A stretch of DNA of 64,000 nucleotides, taken from positions 79,988 to 143,987 of IMG/VR virus record IMGVR_UViG_3300024581_003238. The stretch is one strand, 5' to 3'. The notes under the pieces were generated by a model. It was given only the letters and a program-made list of their open reading frames with translations. It did not search any database and was not told where the DNA came from. Of the stretch, positions 1-8,742 are shown in pieces (the stretch's first letter is position 1; the number at the start of each line of letters is the position of its first letter). The position numbers were made by a program, and so were the translations under genes. This stretch comes from a virus.

Positions 1-936
1 CATACTAAAGAGATCAAAGGATTTGAAAAACAGAAAGAAGATTTACATAAAAAAATATCTAAGGTTAAAGAGTCTATTAAAACATCTGAAGAGGAGGAGT
101 TAAAATTTGCATCTTTGAAAAAAGAGTACGATACGTACGAAAAAAACAAATTAATCAATACTCGATATGAACTTGAAATAAGACAAATCGAGATGGATAA
201 AAAGGATAAGAATAACAAACTAGAATTTTTTGAAGCTAATAAAAAGAAACACGAAAGAAATATACAGATTGACAAAGATTTAATTATTTTAAGGACACAG
301 ATAGATACTGCCACATCAACTATAAAACAATGTAATATATTGATCGAAAGATTTAAGAATGACATAAAAAATATTAACGATAAGATTGATACCAATAGAA
401 AACTTATCAAACAAATATTAGTTGAGGAGAAAGTTTTAGAAACATACAAAGTATACTTGACTGTGTTTGGTAAAAATGGAATTTCAAAAACCATATTGAG
501 AGATATGATCCCATTTTTAAATAATGAATTAAGTCATTTATTGGACGATAGTTGTTTATTTAAATTAGAAATCAAAATAAATAGTAATAATGAACTTGAT
601 TTTATCATGATCGACACCGATACAAGAGTTGTAAAACCACTTTATGCGGGTTCGGGGTATGAAAGAACAATTGCGTCATTAGCGTTAAGAAGTGTACTAA
701 CAAAAGTTTCATCACTACCAAAACCAAACATAGTTGTTATGGATGAAGTTTTCGGTAAAATTGCGGATGAAAATTTAGAAATGGTCGGTGAGTTTTTTAT
801 AAAAATAAAAGATTATTTTGAACATATTCTAGTAATATCGCACAATCCTTTAATTAGGACATGGTCAGACAACCTATTAATGATTGAGAAAAATGAAAAT
901 ATATCCTCAATTGAGTCAATAAATACAAAAATTTAG
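1..936 (+). CDS. SbcC/Rad50/T4 gp46-like ABC-ATPase recombination nuclease subunit, C-terminal part (5' end outside window)
   Basis: Frame 1 is open from base 1. Coiled coil, then a signature-like YAGSGYERTIASLALR, Walker B IVVMDEVFG and H-loop ILVISHN. Confidence 0.85.
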   Translation, partial: HTKEIKGFEKQKEDLHKKISKVKESIKTSEEEELKFASLKKEYDTYEKNKLINTRYELEIRQIEMDKKDKNNKLEFFEANKKKHERNIQIDKDLIILRTQIDTATSTIKQCNILIERFKNDIKNINDKIDTNRKLIKQILVEEKVLETYKVYLTVFGKNGISKTILRDMIPFLNNELSHLLDDSCLFKLEIKINSNNELDFIMIDTDTRVVKPLYAGSGYERTIASLALRSVLTKVSSLPKPNIVVMDEVFGKIADENLEMVGEFFIKIKDYFEHILVISHNPLIRTWSDNLLMIEKNENISSIESINTKI

Positions 937-944
937 TAATAAAC

Positions 945-975
945 CTTGTATAAAACACAATTTTGTTTAACTTTG
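945..975 (+). promoter_or_regulatory. Candidate Bacteroidota sigmaA-type promoter upstream of clpP
   Basis: CTTG (945-948), N19, TAACTTTG (968-975). Matches the -33 TTTG / -7 TAnnTTTG consensus with one mismatch and lies 20 nt before the ATG at 996. Confidence 0.45.
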
Positions 976-995
976 AAAAATCAACAAAACACATT

Positions 996-1670
996 ATGAT
1001 ACCAAAAGAATATAAAGATTTCCAACTATACGCAAGAGATAAAAAAGTAAGTAGTTCTAACTTAGACTATTACAATAAACAAATAGAAAATAGTTTAACT
1101 CCCTACATATTAGAAGAAAGACAAATGAACGTAACCGTGATGGATGTTTTCTCCAGATTAATGATGGAGAGGATAATTTGGGTTGCGGGTCCTGTCAATG
1201 ATAATATGTCTACGATTGTTCAAGCTCAGTTGATGTTTTTAGATAGTATTGATAATAATGATATTACTATGCATGTCGATACTCCTGGTGGGTCTGTCAA
1301 GTCGGGACTATCAATGGTTGATGTGATGGATTATATTGAATCTGATATACAAACCATCAATACAGGAATGGCGGCATCGATGGGATCTATTCTTTTAGGT
1401 GCGGGTACTAAAGGTAAGAGAGGTTCTCTATCTTTCTCAAGAACGATGTTACACCAATCAAGTGGTGGATTCAGAGGAAATATCCAAGACGCTGAGATAG
1501 ACATGACAGAGTGGAAAAAATTAAACCAACAATTATTTGATCTTTTGGGTGGTTATTGTGGTAAACCCGCAAAAGAGGTTATGGAGGATGCAACAAGAGA
1601 TATGTGGTTATCTGCGGACGAGGCGGTAAAGTATGGTATAATCGATAAAGTGGTTAAGAAAAAAAAATAG
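996..1670 (+). CDS. clpP: ATP-dependent Clp protease proteolytic subunit, Bacteroidota-like
   Basis: LTPYILEERQMNVTVMDVFSRLMMERII N-terminus, TPGGSV, catalytic Ser (GMAASMG), His (MLHQ) and Asp (TRDMWL). ATG 996 preferred over the track's TTG 963, which overlaps the promoter candidate. Confidence 0.95.
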   Translation: MIPKEYKDFQLYARDKKVSSSNLDYYNKQIENSLTPYILEERQMNVTVMDVFSRLMMERIIWVAGPVNDNMSTIVQAQLMFLDSIDNNDITMHVDTPGGSVKSGLSMVDVMDYIESDIQTINTGMAASMGSILLGAGTKGKRGSLSFSRTMLHQSSGGFRGNIQDAEIDMTEWKKLNQQLFDLLGGYCGKPAKEVMEDATRDMWLSADEAVKYGIIDKVVKKKK

Positions 1671-1672
1671 AA

Positions 1673-1680
1673 TATTTATA
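1673..1680 (+). promoter_or_regulatory. TATTTAT(A/C) motif, candidate phage late promoter element
   Basis: Intergenic TATTTATA 19 nt before the ATG at 1700. The motif recurs before nine other genes (see findings). Confidence 0.45.
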
Positions 1681-1699
1681 GGAATATAACAGAACCATC

Positions 1700-2398
1700 A
1701 TGAAAGTTTTTAAGAAAATGGACATCAAGACAGTAGTAATCATGGGGTTATGTGTATTTCTATTATTAAGAAACTGTTCAAGTGATTCTGAAGAAACCGG
1801 AGAAATAGTAAAAGTCGATGGTAAAAAATACGAATTAATAGAACAAAAGATAGATACCGTAATCATTGAAAAAACTGTAAAAGTCCCAACATACGTACCC
1901 AAGTACATAACAAAAGAAGTAATAAAAGAAGTAGAAATACCTATGGATATAGATTCTTTGGCAGTAATAAAAGATTACTACTCACGAATCACAGTAAAGG
2001 ATACACTACAACTTAATTATGATTTCCCATCAGAAGTTACAGATTCTTTAGGGAACAAACCTTTACCTAATTTGGGATATGGGATACTAACTGATGTAAT
2101 AACACAAAACAGTATTCAATCAAGAAATGTAGATTGGTATTTTAAAATTCCTACGGTATACAATACTAAAATTGTTAAAGATCTACCTAAGACACAATTA
2201 TATTATGGATTTAATTTAGGTTTTAATAAGACGGATATTTTCTCAAGTGCGAGTGGAGGTCTTATTCTAAAAACTAAAAAAGATAGATTATACCAACTAA
2301 ATTTAGGTGTAACTAATCAACCAACCCCAACATCGAGCTTGTCTCCCTATGTAGGTGCGGGTATGTACTGGAAAATTAACCTTAAGAAGAAGAAATAA
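1700..2398 (+). CDS. Hypothetical membrane-anchored or lipoprotein-like protein
   Basis: Basic N-terminus, hydrophobic segment ending LLLRNC (lipobox-like), beta-strand-rich C-terminus ending YWKINLKKKK. Confidence 0.6.
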   Translation: MKVFKKMDIKTVVIMGLCVFLLLRNCSSDSEETGEIVKVDGKKYELIEQKIDTVIIEKTVKVPTYVPKYITKEVIKEVEIPMDIDSLAVIKDYYSRITVKDTLQLNYDFPSEVTDSLGNKPLPNLGYGILTDVITQNSIQSRNVDWYFKIPTVYNTKIVKDLPKTQLYYGFNLGFNKTDIFSSASGGLILKTKKDRLYQLNLGVTNQPTPTSSLSPYVGAGMYWKINLKKKK

Positions 2399-2851
2399 AT
2401 GACAAATAGTTACGTACTTTTTATTTTTGGTATGTTTGAGGACACTGAAGATATAGAGTTCTATTGTAATGAAATCTTATTAGAAAACCCTGCAGTTAAA
2501 TCATTAAAATTTATTGTAGAAAATTCTAAAAATTTAATAATACTATTGGACTCAGATTTCCCACAGAAAAAATTAAGTGAATCTATACACAAAGACCTAT
2601 TGGATCCAAATATTAAATTTTACTTTTTATTTAGGAGAGATGAGATTGTGGCAGCACACATACCAGAAGAGGTAAAAAAATTTATTTACGGGGAAAGTGA
2701 GCAGGAACAAAAATATCTCATGGTCAAGTATTCTAAGGCAAGTAGGGTCGAATCCATTGACTTAGACAAGGTACTTGAAAAGATTAAAACCAATGGAATA
2801 GATAGTTTAACAAAAGACGAAAAAAAGTTCTTGGATGATTTTGAGACATAG
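2399..2851 (+). CDS. Hypothetical protein with a C-terminal DUF6576-like motif
   Basis: C-terminal IDLDKVLEKIKTNGIDSLTKDEKKFL resembles the short domain at the end of Bacteroidota rhomboid-family proteins. Confidence 0.55.
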   Translation: MTNSYVLFIFGMFEDTEDIEFYCNEILLENPAVKSLKFIVENSKNLIILLDSDFPQKKLSESIHKDLLDPNIKFYFLFRRDEIVAAHIPEEVKKFIYGESEQEQKYLMVKYSKASRVESIDLDKVLEKIKTNGIDSLTKDEKKFLDDFET

Positions 2852-2928
2852 ATTTTTTTTCATACATTAGTGGTTCAAGTTCACATTATAACTTAACGAT
2901 AATATTAACCAATAAAATAACACCGTTC

Positions 2929-3741
2929 ATGACCAAAAGCAACAGTTTCCTAAACACCGAAGAGATAAGTTTTTACTTAAAAGACGTAAAAAAAATTCCT
3001 GTAACAACTAATCATAGACTTAAAGAAATAATAAAAGAATTAAAAAGTCCTAACATAACCGAAAAACAAAAAAGAGAATTACAACATGAGTTGGTTCTTG
3101 GAAATTTAAGGTTTGTAATTAGTGTTTCTAAACAATACTTAAACCAAGGTTTGGATCTCCCTGATTTAATTTCCGAAGGTAACATAGGTATGATTCGTGC
3201 GTCGGAGGAATTTAACCCCAATAAAAAGGTTAGATTCATTTCTTATGCTGTATGGTGGATCAGACAGGCAATAATGTCCTCACTTAATGATAACGCTCGA
3301 ACGATAAGATTACCGTCTAACATTATACAAGAATATCAAAAATCCAAAAAACAGGTATTGTCGGAAGACGATCCCGATTTTGCAGAAAAATATGAAAAAC
3401 AGGCTTCACAATTTGTTCCAAAAACCGTAAGTTTAAGTGACCATATCAATGATGAGGGCGACCAACTCATAGATATTGTTGTTAATAAAGACTCTCTTAA
3501 TCCTGAAAGTTATTTGGAAAATGAGAATGAAAGAAAAAAACACGTGAAGAGCGCACTTTCAATATTGAATGATAAGGAAAGGACTATAATTGAAAAATAT
3601 TTCGGTTTAAACGGTGTTCAGTGTAATTTGGAGGATCTTGGTGAAGAATTCGGTTGTACCAAAGAAAGAATCAGACAACTGAAAGAAAAGGCGATGAAAA
3701 AACTAAGAAATGAGAGTTTTACTTTATTAAAATATTTATAA
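2929..3741 (+). CDS. Phage-encoded sigma70-family factor (RpoD/RpoS-like)
   Basis: Region 2 motifs GNLRFVISVSKQY, DLISEGNIGMIRA and RFISYAVWWIRQAI. Region 4 HTH LEDLGEEFGCTKERIRQLKEKAMKKLR. No region 1.1. Confidence 0.92.
   Translation: MTKSNSFLNTEEISFYLKDVKKIPVTTNHRLKEIIKELKSPNITEKQKRELQHELVLGNLRFVISVSKQYLNQGLDLPDLISEGNIGMIRASEEFNPNKKVRFISYAVWWIRQAIMSSLNDNARTIRLPSNIIQEYQKSKKQVLSEDDPDFAEKYEKQASQFVPKTVSLSDHINDEGDQLIDIVVNKDSLNPESYLENENERKKHVKSALSILNDKERTIIEKYFGLNGVQCNLEDLGEEFGCTKERIRQLKEKAMKKLRNESFTLLKYL
3733..3740 (+). promoter_or_regulatory. TATTTATA motif, candidate late promoter element
   Basis: Overlaps the sigma stop codon and sits 19 nt before the ATG at 3760, the same spacing as the 1673 copy. 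Confidence 0.4.
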
Positions 3742-3759
3742 AAGTAAAAAATATAAATT

Positions 3760-4062
3760 ATGAAGAAATTTTTAGAGAAACATTTCGTAACAATAGTTTT
3801 TGTAATCCTAATCTTTACGTTCTTTAGAGGGTGTGGTGACAGTAGAGAAATGTCATCAATCAAAAAGGAAATGAAAGAGTTAAAAGAATTCAATCAAAAC
3901 CGTACGTATACAAAAGAAGAATTAGACCTTAGATTAAAGATTGAAGGTTTAAAGAGTGAACATAGAATGATTCAGGCAACTGATAGAAAAATGTTCGATC
4001 TTAACAGACAAACTCAAATTGAAAAAGAGTTAGAGTCATTAGAAAGTCAACTTGTAAAATAA
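3760..4062 (+). CDS. Hypothetical protein with an N-terminal TM or lipobox-like segment and a coiled coil
   Basis: Hydrophobic FVTIVFVILIFTFFRGC followed by a charged heptad-like region. Confidence 0.6.
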   Translation: MKKFLEKHFVTIVFVILIFTFFRGCGDSREMSSIKKEMKELKEFNQNRTYTKEELDLRLKIEGLKSEHRMIQATDRKMFDLNRQTQIEKELESLESQLVK

Positions 4063-5358
4063 ATGGGTAATTGGTTTCAGAAGAATTTTAGAACCATTAT
4101 TTATATTGCGTTCTTAGTTCCTATTATAACTGTCGCAATCGTTTCCATATCTCACGTAACTGTATGGTATGGAATTTCCAACCCAATGTCATGGGCGTTA
4201 TATCTATCCATAGGTATTGAAATTGCTGCACTATCAGCGTTAGCGGCAATATCAGCACAGATGGGATCTAAAGTGTACGTTCCATTTGGTATTGTTACTT
4301 TAGTTCAGTTTGTTGGTAACATATTTTTCGCGTTTGAATTTATTAAAATTGATGCCGAACAATTTCTTTCATGGGTCGAGTTAACTGGTCCTATTTTAGA
4401 ATATATAGGTATAGAACAATCGGACCTACAATCACACAGAAGATTCTTAGCAATATTTGCGGGTGGAATGTTACCACTAATTTCATTATCATTCTTACAT
4501 ATGTTAGTTAAATTTAATGAAGAAACTGATAATTCGAAAACTGACGATGAGGATGGTGAAGAGACAAAAAAAGTTATAGAGGAAGAGAGTAAAATAAAAC
4601 CATCAGAAGAAGACTTAAATAAATTAGAAGATCTACTATCTAAATTTAAACCTGAAGAAAAACCAACAAAAGGTAAAACAATATTTGAATCACGAACTAA
4701 AGAATGGGACGACGAACTACCACCTGAAGCAAGAGGTTTTGAACCACCTTCAAAAGAAGAAGATGTTTTTGATGAAGAACCACCTGAGTGGTTTACTGAA
4801 CAACCTCCACTAAGTGATGAAGATGAGTGGGATGAAGATCATGAATTAGATATGGTAATGAATGATGTAATTCAAGATTTAACACCTGAAGAAATTTCAA
4901 AGATTGTAGAAGAATCTGAAAAAGAACCAACACCAACCCCAAATTATACTTTTAAGTCTTTCGATGATATTGAAAAAGAGTTAGACGAAAGTTTACTTGA
5001 AATTGATAATACGGATCAAAAACAAACAAAGAAGACCGTTGACAAATACGGTCAGTTAGATGAGTATCTTAACCAAACGAGAAGTTGGGATGATCAGGGT
5101 GCACAATTACCCGATTCAGTTGATACTGCGGAATTAGATCTTGATACGGGAATTATTTCAACACCAACACCTGATGTAAAGGAAATTGATGTGGTATTAG
5201 ACGAGTCAGATTTCATTAGTGATGTTCCTGAATTGGATATTGATGTTAAGGTCGAACCGTCACCAACGGAAACACCTAAACCTAATCCTAACTTTATAGT
5301 AGGTCAACCCAAAGAAAACTTACAGGATCCTATAGACCCTGAAAAAAAAAATCAATAG
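4063..5358 (+). CDS. Multi-pass membrane protein with a long acidic low-complexity C-terminus (short isoform)
   Basis: About four hydrophobic helices in the first ~150 aa, then an E/D/P-rich tail. Ends at an A10 run (gaaaaaaaaaatcaatag). Confidence 0.7.
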   Translation: MGNWFQKNFRTIIYIAFLVPIITVAIVSISHVTVWYGISNPMSWALYLSIGIEIAALSALAAISAQMGSKVYVPFGIVTLVQFVGNIFFAFEFIKIDAEQFLSWVELTGPILEYIGIEQSDLQSHRRFLAIFAGGMLPLISLSFLHMLVKFNEETDNSKTDDEDGEETKKVIEEESKIKPSEEDLNKLEDLLSKFKPEEKPTKGKTIFESRTKEWDDELPPEARGFEPPSKEEDVFDEEPPEWFTEQPPLSDEDEWDEDHELDMVMNDVIQDLTPEEISKIVEESEKEPTPTPNYTFKSFDDIEKELDESLLEIDNTDQKQTKKTVDKYGQLDEYLNQTRSWDDQGAQLPDSVDTAELDLDTGIISTPTPDVKEIDVVLDESDFISDVPELDIDVKVEPSPTETPKPNPNFIVGQPKENLQDPIDPEKKNQ

Positions 5359-5696
5359 ATCCAAAACCTACAGAAGTCCCAATAGTAACATCGACTTCAG
5401 TTCCTACTAATACACCATACCCAACTCAAACCCCCACCCCAACACCAACAACCAGCTCAATTCCTACATCAACACCAACAAACACACCCACGAGTACTCC
5501 AACACCTACCCCAACACCGTCGGTTAGTCCAACACCAACAAACACACCCACGAGTACACCAACACCATCACCCACTATTTTTATAGACAGTCTTTACATG
5601 GAACCCAAACCGGCACCACAAGAACCGTTGTTGAAAGTGGGATCTAAAGTAATTGTAAGAAATGTTGGAAATTCGAGACGTAGAAACAATAGATAA
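5343..5696 (+). other. -1-frame Pro/Thr-rich extension of the 4063 gene, reachable only through the A10 run
   Basis: Frame 3 is open from just after TGA (5340-5342) to TAA (5694-5696). It reads KKKSIDPKPTEVPIVTSTSVPTNTPYPTQTPTPTP...RNVGNSRRRNNR and has no start codon before the Pro/Thr tract. Confidence 0.7.
5470..5557 (+). repeat. 28-nt exact direct repeat with a 60-nt period in the Pro/Thr tract
   Basis: caacaccaacaaacacacccacgagtac at 5470-5497 and 5530-5557. The period is a multiple of 3. Confidence 0.85.
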
Positions 5697-6267
5697 AACT
5701 TCACTTAACTACGTAAAGAAGAAATACAAGAAAAAACAAATTCTTCTCTATGATACAAAAAGACGTATTGATGATTTTGTCAATAAAATTAAATATCGAC
5801 AAAATGGTCAATATGAAGATATACCACATTTCATCGTATCTAAAATGGGGGACGTATATAGTGTTTTGGATGTTGACTATTCCTCAGTTACGTTCGGTAA
5901 TAAATTATTAGATAGGAAACAAATCAAAATTGCGGTTGAAAATCTTGGGTGGTTAACTAAAAATACTATAACGGGGTATTTTAATAATTGGATTGGAGAT
6001 CCTCATAGATCTGAACCTTTTATTAGAAGTTGGAGAGACAAATTCTATTGGGATAGGTACACCGAAACTCAAATTGAGAGTGTTGTCAAGTTGTGTGAAT
6101 ACCTATGTGAGACCCATTATCTAGAAAAAAGAGTGGTTCCGAGTCACGGATACATAGAAAACATAGATAAATTTAATGGAATTGTATGTAAATCCAACTT
6201 TTCAAATATTTATACAGATATAAACCCTTCGTTTAATTTTAAAAAATTTACAAACGATGAAATTTAA
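5662..6267 (+). CDS. N-acetylmuramoyl-L-alanine amidase (Amidase_2)-like protein with degenerate Zn ligands
   Basis: KKQILLYDT, IPHFIVSKMGDVY, IAVENLG, YTETQIESVVKLCEYL and GIVCKSNF..TDINP follow the Amidase_2/PGRP layout, but the usual His ligands are missing. Confidence 0.6.
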   Translation: MLEIRDVETIDKTSLNYVKKKYKKKQILLYDTKRRIDDFVNKIKYRQNGQYEDIPHFIVSKMGDVYSVLDVDYSSVTFGNKLLDRKQIKIAVENLGWLTKNTITGYFNNWIGDPHRSEPFIRSWRDKFYWDRYTETQIESVVKLCEYLCETHYLEKRVVPSHGYIENIDKFNGIVCKSNFSNIYTDINPSFNFKKFTNDEI

Positions 6268-6754
6268 AACACATATGAACTACGATAATACTAAAAAAAT
6301 GTTGAATACTCTCAGGAATCTGACAGAGTCAACACAACAAAAAGAAACTATCTCCGAACAAGAGGAGAAAAAAGAATTAAAAGACAATGTTACTGTCGTA
6401 GCTGGTGTTGAAGTAAGAACAATCTCTTCAACTGAGGAAGATCTTAAGATAGATGACCAACAAAAGAAGACGATCAGTGATGTTATTTCTAATTTCGGTA
6501 CTCAGGTATCGGATTTGGGAGATCTTAGACCTGGTATCACAATACAAAGTAATCAGATAAGGTTAGATGGTGTTTTACCTGATGTTTCATTAGACTTCGT
6601 AATCATTGCGGGGGAAAATAAGGGAACTTACCTTAACACCGCAATGTTAAAGGTGGATTATGATCTATTAGAATCAATACAAAAACTTTTAAAGTTTGAA
6701 GATGTATTTGCGGATGCAATGAATGACCTAATATCTCAAAGAAGAATAGACTAA
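6257..6754 (+). CDS. Hypothetical protein, possibly virion-associated
   Basis: ORF track; tightly coupled to its neighbours; alternative start at 6276. Confidence 0.6.
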   Translation: MKFKTHMNYDNTKKMLNTLRNLTESTQQKETISEQEEKKELKDNVTVVAGVEVRTISSTEEDLKIDDQQKKTISDVISNFGTQVSDLGDLRPGITIQSNQIRLDGVLPDVSLDFVIIAGENKGTYLNTAMLKVDYDLLESIQKLLKFEDVFADAMNDLISQRRID

Positions 6755-6755
6755 C

Positions 6756-6995
6756 ATGGCACTTACAACCACAGATAAAAATCAAATTCAGAGTATAGCT
6801 AAGAAAGAAATAAAAGACTTTCTTAACGGTACACAAGCACATAAAATTGTGGTTGATATGGTGAAAAAAGAGATGGGTACAAGAGATATAAATAAAAAAG
6901 TCGTAGAACTATCAACTAAGGTTGTTGTAGAATTATTTAAACAACTATGGCAACGTAAGTCTTTTTGGGAAGGACCTTTAAAAAATATTAGATAA
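6756..6995 (+). CDS. Hypothetical protein
   Basis: 79-aa ORF coupled to both neighbours. Confidence 0.55.
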   Translation: MALTTTDKNQIQSIAKKEIKDFLNGTQAHKIVVDMVKKEMGTRDINKKVVELSTKVVVELFKQLWQRKSFWEGPLKNIR

Positions 6996-7513
6996 TGGCA
7001 AAAGAAACAAAAGAAGCAACAATGGCGGGTTCATCGGGTTCTTTCGAGGCACCTATGAATTTTATAACTAAAAAAGAGATCTATAAGATTCATAATAGTA
7101 AGAAATATAATGAGGATGAAGTTGAGGAAGGTGAATTTACTGAAGCAATGACATCATCTGTTTCCTCCGCAGGTCAATATGATGCACCTTTTGGTACTGG
7201 TGGTAAGAATCCCCTTAAGATAGATGGACCAAAATCTATTGTCAGTCGTATGAAACACTTGAGAAAAAAGAATTTCCCAATGTGGGGTGGTCCTGATGGT
7301 CAATATGTTAAGGTAAAAGAAAAATGTAAGAAATTTCCATACTGTGAAGAAGGGGATATAAACGCTTTAGAATTTTACGAAAATGAAGAATTGAATGAAG
7401 CGGTTAAAAATGTCTCAAAAAAATACGGTTTACCTTATAAACAGGTAGAGAAATTAGTAATAAATGAGATAAAGGATATATTTATAGAATATGAAAGTTT
7501 CAGAACTAAATAA
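6995..7513 (+). CDS. Hypothetical, probable virion or internal head protein
   Basis: Two copies of an E-A-[TM]...S-[SA]-G-x-[FY]-x-A-P motif and a KCKKFPYC Cys pair. Confidence 0.6.
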   Translation: MAKETKEATMAGSSGSFEAPMNFITKKEIYKIHNSKKYNEDEVEEGEFTEAMTSSVSSAGQYDAPFGTGGKNPLKIDGPKSIVSRMKHLRKKNFPMWGGPDGQYVKVKEKCKKFPYCEEGDINALEFYENEELNEAVKNVSKKYGLPYKQVEKLVINEIKDIFIEYESFRTK

Positions 7514-8696
7514 AATTATTGAAGAAACGATCTCACAAGAGATAAAGGACACCATTCTGAAAGAAGGAAGTGGTGATAAGACCGCATACTGTATTAAGTG
7601 TGAGGGTGAATACATTGAGGTTTGTGACACAAAAGAGGAAGCGGACCAAAAATGTGAAGAATATAATAAAAATAACCCCGACAAAGATTATGTTGTGGAA
7701 ATAGAGACCTACGAATCTAAACAAGACTTATTAGATAAGTTAGATGAGTTAGGTGAACAATTAGACTCAGAAGATATGAAACAAAACGATTCAATCGAAG
7801 AATTAGAACAAGACCAAAATGAATCAGCATTTGTTTTGGCTGCAGATGCGGCTAAAGATGCTGGTAAGGATGAATTTGAATTCCCTGAAGGGAGTGGAAA
7901 GATGCATCCTGTAACAATTAAAACAGACATTGACGAGAAAGAAGAATGTCAAGAGTGTGGTGATAAGATGTATGAAGATGAAGAGGGTGTTGTTGAACCA
8001 ATCGACGAGTCTACATGTGATGACTGTGGTAAACAGTTATGTGAATGTGGAAGTATGGAAGAATCGGAAGGTAAAAAACCTAAAGTACTAAGAGTATCTG
8101 AATCACAATTAGTTGAAATGATAACTAAAATTGTTAATGAGGCGGTTGTACCCGGTTTAGATGCAGTACAAGGAGCTCATAAAATCAGTAATAAAGAAAC
8201 TAAAGAACATATGGCTAACGTAGATAAGAAAATTAAAGATGCATTATCAATTGAAGGTAATGATAACCCTGAATTTCCAAACGCATCGGGAAAAGGTGAG
8301 ATTGACCCTAAAAAGGTGGTACACAATACCGAAGAACAAGACGAGGAAATGTCAATGGAGAGAGGTGAAAACCCATTAGATTTAGATTATGACCACGAAC
8401 CAAGTGATGAGTTTAAAGACAGGGTAAAGAAAGCGTTAGAAGGTGATTCTACTATGGGTAATGCTGACGGTGGAAATACAATCCCTACTGAAACAGGTAA
8501 AAATTTGGCTAAAACGGCTGAGAAAAGAAAAGAGAGGTATGAAAACCAACCTATGTATAAGAAAGATATACAACCTGTTAAAGTTGTTAAAGAAGAGAAA
8601 GAAGAATTAAACGAATCAAAAGAAAAAACAAGCGTTTTAGAAGAAGAGATCAAAAGATTGAAGGATCTTTCAAACTATAACGAAAAGACTCAATAA
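7491..8696 (+). CDS. Acidic hypothetical protein with CxxC clusters, probable virion or internal protein
   Basis: Very Glu/Asp-rich. CIKC, CQECG, CDDCG and CECG motifs. Short amphipathic helices VSESQLVEMITKIVNE and LEEEIKRLKDL. Confidence 0.6.
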   Translation: MKVSELNKIIEETISQEIKDTILKEGSGDKTAYCIKCEGEYIEVCDTKEEADQKCEEYNKNNPDKDYVVEIETYESKQDLLDKLDELGEQLDSEDMKQNDSIEELEQDQNESAFVLAADAAKDAGKDEFEFPEGSGKMHPVTIKTDIDEKEECQECGDKMYEDEEGVVEPIDESTCDDCGKQLCECGSMEESEGKKPKVLRVSESQLVEMITKIVNEAVVPGLDAVQGAHKISNKETKEHMANVDKKIKDALSIEGNDNPEFPNASGKGEIDPKKVVHNTEEQDEEMSMERGENPLDLDYDHEPSDEFKDRVKKALEGDSTMGNADGGNTIPTETGKNLAKTAEKRKERYENQPMYKKDIQPVKVVKEEKEELNESKEKTSVLEEEIKRLKDLSNYNEKTQ

Positions 8697-8701
8697 TAAG
8701 A

Positions 8702-8730
8702 TTGTCTTTGTTTTCTTTTATTCGTATATT
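8702..8730 (+). promoter_or_regulatory. Promoter candidate TTGTCT-N17-TATATT
   Basis: Intergenic, 12 nt before the ATG at 8743. Same architecture as the copies at 9190, 11985, 38453 and 53128. Confidence 0.55.
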
Positions 8731-8742
8731 TTTAATAGAAAT

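Noticed and set aside
5356-5390. TAG readthrough or alternative genetic code (TAG=Gln) at the end of the 4063 gene
   Set aside because: The same frame hits TAG TAA within 10 codons, while the -1 frame holds the coding-like sequence. Other genes end in TAG at sensible boundaries, and the long ORFs are intact under code 11.
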